A stretch of DNA of 64,000 nt from Mobula hypostoma (lineage: Eukaryota), in NCBI RefSeq assembly GCF_963921235.1, contig NC_086097.1:216878001-216942000 (forward strand), in the 5' to 3' direction. The translations under genes were made by a program, and so were the position numbers. Numbering within the stretch: the first letter of the stretch is position 1; every line of letters begins with the position of its first letter. This document shows positions 51,921 to 64,000 of this stretch, in pieces. Under the pieces are notes generated by a model, which saw nothing but the letters and a program-made list of their open reading frames with translations, made no database searches and had not been told where the DNA came from.

Positions 51921-52870
51921 AACTGCAATACTGTGACAGCAATATGTTAAAATCTACATAACGCATCAGGTAGTCACTTGATCTGCTCAAATAACACATC
52001 CCAAATCTACGATCTGCACCACTAAGTAAGGCAAAGGCAGCAGACCTCTTGGATCACCACTCACTCCTGGTTTCCTTTCAAGGAATGAACCATCTGGATT
52101 TGGAAATAAATCACTATCCTACCATCGTCAGTCTTGGAAGGACTGCAGTAGTTCAAAAAGGCAGCTCACCAAGCACCATTTCCAAGCCTTGCCAAAGGTG
52201 CCAGATCCCAAATAAATAAATAAGTAGCATTTTTTTAAAAGAGGAGTGGCTGGAGTTTTTGATGCCAAAGGACATGTTGAGTTGATAGCACAGTGTTTAG
52301 CGTGATGTTATCACAGCTAATAGGAACTTCAGAGTTCAATCCCGGCATCCACTGTATGGAGTTTGTATGTCCTCCCTGTGGAATGTATGGGTTTCCTCCC
52401 ACAGTCCAAAGATGCTCTGGTTAGTAGGCTATTTGGTCATGGTAAATTGTCCCATGATTAGATTTAGGTTAAATCCGGGGAGGGGGGGTGTTGCTGGCAT
52501 GCAGCTCAAAGGGCTAAAAAGACCTATTCTGTGCTGTATTGCTAAATAAGATCAATAAAAGTAAAATAAAATATTGAGAAGGGCCAAATGGAGATCATTA
52601 TTTTCTCCAGAGAATGAAAAGGAAGGGATTTCATTCTTGTATATAGTCGAAGAACAGTGAACGACAAAGATCTAGTCATTTATGGCTTCCTTGATTTTAT
52701 AGAACATTGAAAAATGTACAAAGTTACAGAGCCAATTGAATGAATTAAACAGATAAAGTAAGTGGTGATTCCTCTACTTTTAAGATGCATTCAAAGCTTT
52801 AGTCATTGATTGGTGATTCAGCCAAAAACAAACGTCTCCTGCTCCTTTTACTTTTGTTGTTAATCCACAG

Positions 52871-53084
52871 AAAACTTGCCTTGAAACACCACCCAGACAA
52901 AAATCTAGACAACCCAGATGCATCTGAGAAGTTCAAAGAGATCAACAACGCTCATTCAATATTGACGGATATTTCAAAACGGAACATTTATGACAAATAC
53001 GGCTCCCTCGGTCTCTACATCGCTGAACAGTTCGGTGAAGAGAACGTGAACACATATTTCATGCTTTGTAGCCCATGGGCAAAG
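52871..53084 (+). CDS. DNAJC5B: DNAJC5B second coding exon (J-domain with HPD, linker)
   Basis: Acceptor ttaatccacag|, donor AAG|gtaatt, 214 nt. Translates (R)[71 protein letters not shown]. Phase matches the previous exon. Confidence 0.97.
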
Positions 53085-55515
53085 GTAATTTTCTTTCCTT
53101 CTTGGCTTTGAGGCATAACAATATTTTCTGGCCCTGCTTTAGTCTGAAAATACGCAATCTATTGACACTTAGAAGATCAGAATACAGGAAGAGGGAAACT
53201 AATTTTTAATGATGATGATTCAGCTCCAACAGCTTATCAGCACTTCTAACATATTAAAATGTCTCAGAGTGCTTCATGGAATCATTATTAGACAAGTCTG
53301 ATGTTAATCTGATTTTAGAAGCCTGACAGAAACCTTGGTGAGCAAAGTAAGTTTTAAGGTGTTTGCAATCATCTTAGTGGCTAGTGATGACAGCACCAAC
53401 CAGTTAGACGGATCCTGCTTTGATATTGGGGAATCAAGAAACTGGAAGTTCATGCAGAACTAGGCAAAGTGGGTAGCCACCAGCAGGTGGGATAACCAAC
53501 TCCACAATTTCTTAAAAAAAGGGTCACAGCTTAGCGGAAGGAATTGATTGGGCTGTAATTAGGCTGAATCATACCTAGATTTTAAGAGTGGTTCAGAGAA
53601 CTGCCAGTGGGATCCTGTATGGGGGTCAGTGAGTTACTGTTTGCCTGATGTCTGTACCCATGAGTGAGAACACAGAGGTCAGTAACACACTGGTGGGCCG
53701 AAGCAACTGACCTCCCACTCCGCTGCTCACCTCACCTCATATTTTACACCAGCATGAGTGGTAACATTCCATGCATTTGAACTGGATTTGCTGTCCTGGA
53801 TTTAAAAGGTAAGTGCTTTGTTTAGTTTTGTCTTAATTAATATTTGGGTTGCAAGCATAGTAGTATATTGGTTAGCATAACGCACCAGTGACCCAAGTTC
53901 AATTCAGCCGCTGCTTGTAAGGAACTCATATGTTCACCTTGCAACCATGTATGATTCTTCCAGGTACTCCGATTTCCTCCCACCTTCTGAAGATGTACGG
54001 GTTGACAGGTGAATTGGTCACAGGGTGTAATTGGGTGACGCGGGCTCGTTGGGCCGGAAGGGCCTGCTACTGTGATGTATCCCTCGATAAATTTATCTTT
54101 TAATATTAAGTTTTTAAAATTAATTTAGTTATTTAATAATGTTTCAATTAAATCAATTATTCAAATTACTTATTATTATACATATTTTTTTAGTGACAGT
54201 GCCGTGTAGGCCCTTCTGGCCTTTTGAGCTATGCTGCCCCAGCAACCCTGACAGCCCCAGTTAACCCTAACCTAACCACGGGATAATTTACAATGACAAT
54301 TAACCTAGCCGGTAGGTCTTTGGGTTGTGGGAGGAAAGCAGAGCTCCTGGGGAAAACCCACGCATTCTACGGGAGGACATACAGAACGGCGCCAGAATCG
54401 AACTTTGAACTCCAGACTGCCGCAAGCTGAAATAGCGCTAACTGCCAATTCAGCTGCCTCTAAATGTCTCGGTTAAACAGATCTTTGCCAGGGCTGAGCA
54501 GTCAAAAGACCACCAGGACATTACCAGTAGGAGGCCTCAGTATCTGCCACCTGAGACTTAGGGACTTCTTGTACACACACTGCTCCGGCTCTGGAGTCAG
54601 CAGACCCAGCAGGGCTTAGAGCTCGGCTGCATCCATGGAGCTACAAACGTTTAGTGTTTGGGTGAGAATGTGAGAAGCATGTCTGGCTGAGCAACATCAG
54701 CCCATCGTCACTTCTGACAGATTCATATGTACAGTACGTTGAAACATAAATGAAATATATTGCTTTGTGTTAACAACCAACACACTCAAGTATATGCTGG
54801 GGGCAACCCACACGTGTCACCACACATACAGATACCAGCACAGTGTGCCTGTAATCTTCAGCACAAACAGCAGCAATAACAACAACAAATCAAAACAAAG
54901 CAAACAGGACAACAACAGCAGAACAGGGCCCTTTCCCCTCCTCCCAGTCACACACACAGACACAGGCCCCCAACCCCAGGTCCGGCCACCTCCAGGCTAC
55001 CCGTCCTTGGCCCTGGACTCCCAGACTTGAGGACACGGGCCTTCCAACTTTGGACTTTGCCACCCAGGGCCCACATATCACGTGTTTGACGTTAGGCCCT
55101 AGACCCCAGGGTTCACCGAGTAATGGTTTGACCTTTGGGTCTAGACTTCGGGACCTGCGGGGACCTCCGACCCCAGTGACCTGGAGGATCACTGACCTTG
55201 TGACTTCTTTCAGCCTCTACTTCTGGGGCTCGCTGACTTTGGTCTTTGACCTTCAGTCTTCTACCGCTCGATTCAATGAGCCCTCCAGACTTCGCTAAAG
55301 TCTGGGCATCGGCCCTAGGACTCACTGATCGTGGGTTTGACCTTCCGGCTTTAACATAATGCATTAACTCTGTTTCCCTCTCCGCAGGTGTACCTGACCT
55401 GCTGAATATTTACAGCATTTCCTATTTTTTATTTGCAGCAACTCCAGTAGTTTTTGATTTTGATTGTTTCTTCTGATTAGTTACTTTGTCTGATTTCTGA
55501 TTTGCATCGCACCAG

Positions 55516-55690
55516 GGTCTTTTCGTATTCTGCGGAGTGATCACTTGCTTTTACTGCTGCTGCCTCTGTTGCTGCTGCTGTAACTGTTGCTTTGGGAAAT
55601 GCAAACCTAAGTCTCCGGGAGGCGAAGAGTATGAAAGTTACGTATCACCAGAAGATCTGGAAGAACAAATCCGCATGGACAAAGAGAACG
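55516..55690 (+). CDS. DNAJC5B: DNAJC5B third coding exon (cysteine string)
   Basis: Acceptor gcaccag|, donor ACG|gtaagc, 175 nt. Translates [57 protein letters not shown], with 12 Cys in the palmitoylated string region. Confidence 0.96.
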
Positions 55691-56160
55691 GTAAGCTCTG
55701 TAGGCAAGGTGCATTTTGACAGGAAGTTGTCAGGTCAGCTGTATGACCAGAAACCACTGACTCCAAAGTTTCTGAGTGCCCCAGGACAAAAGGAAAAATT
55801 GAAGTGAACACCTGGTATCCAGTCCCCTGTCTTGACGTGAAATAGTCATATCGCATAGATACAGACCCTTCAGTGCAACGACTCTATGCTAACCACTGTG
55901 CCCACCTATCTAGTCACAATTTCCTGCATTCGGCACATATCTCTCTGAGCCCTGCCCCACCATGTACCAGTCCAAGTGCTTCTAATTGATACAATTGTAC
56001 CTGCATTCGACAGGAAGTTGTCATCCCTGTAGTCAAGCTCCACCATTACTTGTCCAGTCATAACCAGCCTTCTTCTCCTGCCCTACACTATCACCTCTGG
56101 AGCTGACCAACAACCAAAGCCCATCTGTTTCCTTACACTCCTGCAGTACCTTGGCAACGT

Positions 56161-56535
56161 TCATAAGAACATAAGAAATGGGAGCAGGAGTAAGCCATCT
56201 GGCCCACAGAGCCTGTTCTGCCATTTAATAAGTTCATGGCTGATCTGGCCATGGACACATCTCTACCTACCTGCTTTTCCCTATAGCCCTTAATTCCCAT
56301 ACTATACAAAAATCTATCCAACCTCATCTTAAATATACTTACTGAGGTAGCCTCCACTGCGTCATTGGGGAGAGAATTCCACAGATTCACCACTCTTTGG
56401 GAAAAGCAGTTCCTCCTCATCTCTGTCCTAAACTTACTTCCCCATATCTTGAGGCTATGTCCCCTAGTTCTAGTCTCACCTACCAACGGAAGCAACTTTC
56501 CTGCCTCTATCTTATCTATCCCTTTCATATTCTCT
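56161..56535 (-). mobile_element. CR1 3' end
   Basis: (CATAAGAA)n tail and GETRTRGHSLKI...FSQRVVNLWNSLP. Confidence 0.9.
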
Positions 56536-59500
56536 AAAGACATTGCCAAAATTCACTACCAAGCTCTCCCTCACCCCTTACTTCCCCACCACGGCCTCTG
56601 CATTTTAAAACAGCTTGTCCTACACCAGACATACACATGGCCTTATATTCTGACCTGGACACCACTACTTATAATTCGGTATATTATCCACTTCTGCCCT
56701 TCATTTGCTAATCTCAGCATGTCCGAAAAATCTAGACTCCAAGGGCTCCTTGGTCATCTTCATCTTTCTGCCTCGGCCTACCACAATTCATCCAAAATTC
56801 TGTATCCTGTTGTGGAAAATCTGCCTCATCCATCTGGCCTAGTCCTTGTTAACTTACACACTGCCATCTCTGTGACTAGGCCTAAGTTATCACTTCTCCA
56901 AACCATCCGTCCAACCCCTTCTGTATCTACACACCCTACACCCGCATTAGAGGCTTTGTCCTGGTCCCATGCTCCAAACATTTTCACCCGAAGCGTCACC
57001 ACCTCCCTCCCTCCCTAATTTTAAGATTAGCCTTAAAATCCATTGGTTTGACCAGTAATTTTGCCACCTCTCTGAATATTTCCCTCTTTAATTAAATGCT
57101 AGTCTGTAATATTTTCCTTTCTATAAACACAAGCTATTGTTCGGAGAAATGAAACACTGCACTGAGAATGGCATGTGGGAATGTTGAGCATGTGCGATCT
57201 CTTCAGCAGTGGCTGTCATTTTTAGAAGCTAGGCTTTGCTACTTTATTTAGCTTCCACTTACATTTGGCATTGGAATGACTCTGAAAAGCTTTCTGTTCC
57301 CCAAGAAAAAGACCAACAGTGCCAGGCTTGGAAGTGTGAATGGTAACATCTGATCTCCAGAGATGTGTACAGTGTCCTCTAGGGGTGCGTACAGTGTGCT
57401 ATGATAGCCCTCTGCTTAAGTTACCGGACTTGTATCCAGAGACCCATGCCATTAAGCTGGGGACACGTTTAAAGCCCTTTTAAATTCAAGTAATTTAATC
57501 AATCTGCAATAAAAGGCTTGGGTAGGACTGTGATGCAGCTACAAGAACTGCTGTCTGTAGTTCTGGTGAGCAAGGTTTGCTCCGAACCTCCGATCCTCTC
57601 TATGTGAGATTTCAAAGCCAAAATTGAGTTTATTGTTATATGCACAAGTACATGTACGGACAGGTGCAATGAAAAACTTAGATGCACCAGCATCACAGAC
57701 ACAGAGCATTATATGAACAGCATTCTCAAGAAAGATGTACATTAAGCATAAATTATAAAGAATGTTTACAAGAAGGAGCAAAACTAGAACAGAAAAAATG
57801 TCAATTCTATTGTAAAATTATCTATTGGTAATAGTATTGCTAAACAATAGTGACTAGGGTTGATTTAAGAACTAAATAGTTGAAAGAAAGTGACTATTCT
57901 TGAATCTGGTGGTGTGGGACTTCAGGCTTCTGTGCCTCCTGTCTGATGGTAGCTGCAAGAAGGTGGCTGCCCCACATGGTGGGTATCCTTGGTGATGGAT
58001 ACTGCCTACTTGAGGCAGTGTCTTCTGCAGGTTCTACTGATGTGCCTGTAATGATTTTGGGCTGAGTCCACTACTCTAATTTGCATGTTCTCCCTGTGAC
58101 TGTGTGGGTTTCCTCCTGGTATTCGAGTTTCCTTACACATCCCAAAGATGTGGTTTGGTGGTAAATTATCTTCTGTAAATTGCCATTAACGTGGATAGGT
58201 GGTGGAATTATTGGCAATGGCAGTCGAGAATAGGTGACAGGAAAAACTAGAGAGTGAATAGGATTACTCTGTGAGACTTGATAGGCGGAATGACTTCCCT
58301 CTCTGTTGCCTGGAAATATGCTCTTCTTTCATAAACACAAAATTTATAACCTGTCAGTAAAAACATTTCAGGTTTCCTAATGTCAATAGTTGTCCCACTA
58401 TAAACTAAGTCATTCACAGACAACTTCCATTCATTGAGAAGAGTGAGAGCCTCCATACTGACAGAATGCCTAAGAGATCAGAATAAGGCAGGAAATCTGC
58501 CAGCGTGTGAATCCAATGTGACTGTAAGTGTCCTTTCAGTTCAGGGCTAAACAGAGATGAGGAATAAATGTTGGCCTTTTCCAATGACCTTTGGGTCCTG
58601 TGAGTGAATGAATAAGTAATAGGACAATACTTCATGTGGGGCAAACATTACCTTCTCGGCAACTGGCCACGTTCTAGTCTTGGGAAGATCAGACCCAAAG
58701 AAATTAAATAGGAACAGAGTAGCTGGTGAGATCAATTGGTTGTTACTGTGGCTTTCCAGTAGATACACAAGCAGTAAGACAACTGGAAAGATTCCATTCG
58801 TATTCTGTTTGAAAAAATGGTAGTTTCTAAAGCTCATGAGAAAGTAAGAGTAAGACACAATTAAATACTTGTTCCATTTTAAGAAAATGTCCTGATGTGG
58901 ATGTTGTGAAGCAACATGACACACATGGGGAAGGCAGTAGAAACAACTGGCTGGTGAAGAAAATATTGAAAAATTCATCTTTGAAACTTACTTTTAATAG
59001 TACTTTACCATCATAGAGTGAACTCACTGGGAAGGGGTAATTCTTTAAAACACACTGGAGACTGAATTTTCAAAGTTCCCATTGTGACTTACTGGAGAAA
59101 ATTCCCCAGCATAAATGACCGGTATGGATGTGTTGTCACAATATTTGCAGCAACGTGTTGCTTTATAAAAGCTTTTGAAATATCTCAGCCAGCCTGTCAC
59201 ACTGCTTTTCTATTTTTAAATGTTGGAAACAGATGACTATTCCATGGCTAGTCTAAATTCTATCAGCACTTCAAGGGTCAGAGAGCAGAACAGCCTATAC
59301 AAGTTTAAGCAAGAAGACAGAGCTCTGCTTTCCCCTAATCAATAGTAATTAGATTAACCGGTGTGATTATGACTATATTGCTGACACTTCTTTTATAATT
59401 GCCCCTGATCTTGCTGTTCTCATTGTATAGAAATGGGCTATAAGTAGGGCGCAGATTGCAGAGGTTTGTTTTGTTCATTTTTCATTCAAATACTTCTGTC

Positions 59501-61128
59501 AACACTTCATGTCCTGTAGTTTGCTGGGGAATGCCAATAGTTCCATGCCAAACTGTTAACATTTAACCCACCGTAAGTGCCAAGAAGGTCTGGGCTCCCA
59601 TTGAATCCCAAACTTGTTGGCCACGCATTCTATTGACAGTTTGACATCTCTACTCTACAGGGGGTCCAGCCTTACTGAATCCTCCAGCACTTAGACTGCT
59701 GAGCTTGTAAAAGATTAATCAGCGTAGATATGAGGAGTCCATTCACTTGGACAAAGAGGAAGCCCTGAAAGGCAGAAGGGGAAGCATTCATTTACAACTT
59801 CTGAGCTATTTGAGCTTATTAATGTTTTTAACTCTTTGTTAGTGATTTTATCTTTAACAGTTTTACAATGTTTCTAGTTGTGCATGCATTCAAATTCCTT
59901 GACAACATTTACAACTGGCAAAGACTGAGTATATGAATAAGCACGTCGAAAGTTTTCTTCAGCCAAATTAGGTACTGGTTTGTTCTGGCTGACCTGAGAG
60001 GCATCATGCTTGGCCCAGGTTCAGGATGGTATTTACCAGTAGTCAACATTGAAGGATCTGCAAAAATACTTGTATTTCTCCATATTGATGGTGAGACCCT
60101 GCTGTCAGTAAGCCCTGGCCATTATTTTTGAGTTATATATTTTTCCTAGACTGAGAAAAAGGACTTGACTAAAGTAGAATTTCAGTGGATCTGGGAACCT
60201 CTGTTTCAGATGCTTATTCTTCTTGTGTGAGTCTAAGCAACGTATTTCCAACAGATGTTCCAACCTGGGTACATCACTGTACAACCCAACTGTGTCCTCA
60301 CCGAGTGTACACTCACAGCTTTAGGAGGGAGTTATGGAACAGAGATCTGGGACAGAAATTTATTTTCTGAATAGTTTGGACTTTTAACCAGAGAATTTAG
60401 TACTTTACTTCAGATTGGATTGTGAAATGACTTGAATTATGTCAGGAAGCCACATGTTGTAGTTTAGATCATATCACTTTCAAACCACTGGCAATATAAA
60501 TCAATATATGACAAATCACACATCATTCTCCTGAACATTTATTTATCTGTTTTCCTAAATCAGCTTGTAAAATACTGACTGAATTTGTTAATGTTGATAC
60601 AACATTTGATTTTGTCCACTTTGAAACAGATGAGAATTTCCAAAGTAGGAAGCAACATTCCATTCTCCGTCCTGCCATTCACTCAGGGGCAGGCGGCAGA
60701 GAATGTTTCTTCAGCTGCCTCTGCTGAAATAGATTCCATCAATGGTTTAATAGCACAGCTGCCCTTGAGTGCTTGTAGTGTCATCTGCATAGTGACAGCA
60801 TAGCTCATTCTAATTCAGAAACATCCTAAATCTACTCTATTGACATCAGAATATTCATTATTGGTGGATTTATGTGACTTTGCATCCAGTAGGCAAGAGT
60901 AAAAATAAAAGTTAAAAGTTGGGGGAAAATAAAGCATGGCTTTTAACACATTTTAATGCCAAACTGATCAATATGCTGATTGATCAGAAGGGCTTGACAG
61001 CAAACTCTTCCACTAGCTTTTGGATATTGTATTATATTTTTGTTTGGCTTCAGAACGGTATGTTCAGATACATCCAAACATCAGCTCAATGTGCTAACAC
61101 TGTACTCCTTGTTGCTTTGTGGTTGCAG

Positions 61129-61223
61129 AAGGAAACGTTCCCATCGTTCTTCAGCCAACAAATGCAAATGAAAAAACTCAGCTAATTGGTGATAGCCGAC
61201 GTACCTACAACACAGATGGATAG
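61129..61223 (+). CDS. DNAJC5B: DNAJC5B terminal coding exon
   Basis: Acceptor gttgctttgtggttgcag|. The phase-1 join gives EGNVPIVLQPTNANEKTQLIGDSRRTYNTDG-stop (TAG 61221-61223). LQPTNANEKTQLI matches the CSP-beta C-terminus as I recall it. Total CDS is 591 nt, in frame. Confidence 0.94.
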
Positions 61224-63400
61224 AACCTGAGAGAATCGGAAGTTGAGCTGAAATTCCATGCAACATTACAATAGGATTTGTCTTGAGAGAGGTTGCAGCT
61301 TTCATTTGGAAAATTAAGCCATCAACTACCAATTTTTAATCACTTAAGAACACCATGAATTCTGTCCAGCAAATTAAAGAAATGATCTATAAACAAAGTC
61401 AAATGTTTTTTTTTTGCTCTGAACATGATAATATCAATTTCCTTTCATTTTGCTTACTTTATCTTATAATGTTACCTGGAAATAAGCAGTCATTTATTTT
61501 AAATTATACTGGTGAAAAAAATGTCTTTAATGTATTCCAACAACTCTACCTACCACAAATTAATTGTCAGGCTTTGTATAATATGGAAGCAGTTTCAGCT
61601 TGCTGGATAAGACAATATAGCTATTAAACAGTCCCCAGCAATGCTGGAAGTGAAAGCTGGATCACTTCTTTCCACTTTACTAGCTATTCATTCCCCAACA
61701 GAAATGAATCTACTGCTCCAAGTATTTCAGTAGTTCAAATATTTATGATTGCCTTTTTTATGGGAGGAATATTAACATTGCATGTTGAACAACAACAGAC
61801 ATGCTCGTCAGTTCTACAACGGAAACATATGATGACAAATACAGGAATTAAGTCAGATTGGATGATCCATGTGAAGTGCTAATTAACTATGCTAAAGATT
61901 TTAGCAGCGGGCTTCAGGTCAAAAAGGAAGTTCATTAAAATAATTTGAACAAATCAATACAGAAATGAATTGCTTCTTTAGAACAGGGATTTTCAATCTA
62001 TCTTAACCATAACTTTGGCTCAGTCATTTGCACTTTAGCTCTGTAAATTTAGGATGGTATAGTTTAGCTTTCATAATATATTTATTTCTCAAATATCTGC
62101 AAACAAAAGAAATTAATTTCTATTTTGTATGCAAAAGGCTTAGATAAATGTTGAAAACTGTAGAAAATGTTATAATACCTGTATTCTTAGAGGAATTTCT
62201 GGAATAAACTGTAATTGTATACCCTTTTGTGTATAGCATCTTCTGCTCTCTTAAAATTCAACAGTTGTTCCCTATTTCAAAGTTTAGATTTATATTCCAT
62301 TAAAATATAATACAACACAAGATATTGTAATGGGATATTTCTGTAGTCAGATATATTTTAGATTGTGATACAACTTTTATGATCACCATTTTAAGGGAAG
62401 GACTGCAGCAGACATGTAACAAGTAATTTTCTGATCTAATATTTTTGTTGGGAAGCTTCTAAGAAAATATTACAGAAGTTCCTATATGGACCATGTCAAA
62501 ACAACCAGAATCCTGTAGCATCACTAGTCTACTTATTTAAGTTTCTTTCAATTTGAAATGTATTGGCAAGAAGAAAGTTCCTTGCCTCAGGGAAACTCAA
62601 CATTTCTACCTTTAAGTAAGTATCAGACTAAAGTGTGTGTGTCTGCCTCTTCCTTTATAACATTTTAGGCAGTTGTACAATTGTATGCAATGTGAAAGTA
62701 TATTCTATCTCCATTTGTAACTAACAATTGTTAGATCATATCATCTGGTGTATTTAAATATGAACCTCAGAAAGGCTACCCGAAGGTGAATGTATTTTGT
62801 AACTTATAAATAGGTTTCCATTTAGTATATGAAACTTAGTGAATTTTCACAAAGGGAGTACTCTTTCTCAATATTATTTTTAGAATGGACTGTTTAAAAG
62901 TAACAAATTATATTATTTCCTTTAAAGGTGTTGGATGTTGCTGTTAGAACTAACAGCTCCCTGTGCATGTTCCTACTTGTACTGTACTGTATATGATCTA
63001 TTACTTGTAGCACATAAATTCAAAGTCGGAAATGATGGTGATCCCAAGCTATCTCATTATATATTCAAAAATCTGAAATCTGAAACACTTCCTCAAGCAT
63101 TTCGGATAAGGGATTAGGCAATTCATATTATAGAGCACATTTTTTGTTCCAAGTAACTAACCTTGGCTGCTGTACTTTACAAATTCCAAGATGATCTTGT
63201 TTTACCCTCTCTTCCCAGACTTGAAATTATGAAGCTCTAGAATGTCGATGGAAACCTATATCCTGCACTATATTTGGTTACATTGCTTGGCACAATATTT
63301 TCAAAGTTCCTCTTATAAGGGATTTTAGGGACTTGGCACTCAGTGCTGGCCTTTGCCATGTCTGCCCATCTTGGCCCTTCAATCTTGCAGCCCTGTTTCT
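61224..63400 (+). other. DNAJC5B: Probable DNAJC5B 3' UTR / downstream unique sequence
   Basis: AT-rich and nearly free of the repeats that fill the rest of the window. AATAAA at 62203-62208 and ATTAAA hexamers near 61623 and 61935. The real poly(A) site is not determinable from sequence alone. Confidence 0.5.
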
Positions 63401-63570
63401 GACAGGAAATCTCAATCAAAAGAAAAATTCTGCAGATGCTGCATAGCTGAAAAAAAATCAAAAATTCCAAAAATGTCAATGCTTTTGATTTTGTATCCTA
63501 AAATTAAGTGTGTCACCTCTAAGCCCATATTTCCTGATTATATTACTTTAATTCTATAGCATTTATCCAC

Positions 63571-64000
63571 TGTTACGTACCCCGTAACTGGGTTGCCAAA
63601 CCAGCAGAAATGGACCACTTAGTTGGAGTCTGGTTAATAGAAACTAATAAAGTTTTATTACGGAAATAAGCAACACAGTACTCTAATCGTAGGGATATAA
63701 ATGCAACGGGTTAGCAATGATAAAACACACATGTACACAGAACTAGGGTAAGAGGAATCAATCAAGCTCTATCGCAGTCTAGGGGTAAAATGATCAGTCT
63801 CAAGTGACGCAGAGTTCAGTTCAGCTTAGTACAGTTCGCAGTAATCGCTGTTGTGCCGTTGGAGAGAGAGAGAGAGAGAGAGATAATATGCAAATCTGAT
63901 TCAGACAGACCTTTGATGTTCTTCGCAGTTAGCTTTCGGGCGAACCCTTTTAATGTCTTCTGTGGTCACCGACTGTGACCCCTCCGTTTCAGATACGACC
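63571..64000 (-). mobile_element. Probable LTR, truncated by the window end
   Basis: Abrupt start TGTTACG, a switch to CpG-rich sequence, minus-strand AATAAA (TTTATT ~63654) and a (GA)n tract. Confidence 0.55.

Noticed and set aside
52806..53111. ORF-track 101-aa protein with an apparent Leu-rich signal peptide
   Set aside because: The Leu run is the translated polypyrimidine tract. The real exon is 52871-53084.
56365..57018. 217-aa ORF
   Set aside because: Antisense CR1 3' end fused to another degenerate LINE-like fragment, with no recognisable domain.
60255..60373. Frame MFQPGYITVQPNCVLTECTLTALGGSYGTE faintly resembling the CSP C-terminus
   Set aside because: Wrong phase for the 55690 donor at the nearby acceptor, and a far better terminal exon exists at 61129.

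Overview
Repeat-dense vertebrate genomic DNA, very probably from a cartilaginous fish (shark or ray). This is inferred from HE1/V-SINE-like SINEs and abundant CR1/HER1-type LINEs. The only host protein-coding gene I can support is a complete cysteine string protein gene, most similar to DNAJC5B (CSP-beta), on the + strand. It has four coding exons (42731-42837, 52871-53084, 55516-55690, 61129-61223; 591 nt, 196 aa), canonical GT-AG introns and a long repeat-poor 3' region. The ORF track misses two of these exons. The rest is mostly layered transposons: CR1 LINEs (including near-full-length copies and two very young near-identical ones), Rex1/Babar fragments, a chromodomain Gypsy remnant, a solo LTR with a 5-bp TSD, a PIF/Harbinger-type MITE, tRNA-derived SINEs, and two minisatellites that arose inside a CR1 ORF1. 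The most interesting non-coding signal is a dispersed family of short palindromic elements whose centres carry a minimal type-I hammerhead ribozyme motif (CUGAUGA...GAAAC-GUC), as known from Penelope-like element termini. One copy with an intact catalytic core lies on the sense strand of a DNAJC5B intron. Repeat family names come from motif recognition, not database searches, and repeat boundaries are approximate unless TSDs or TIRs are quoted.
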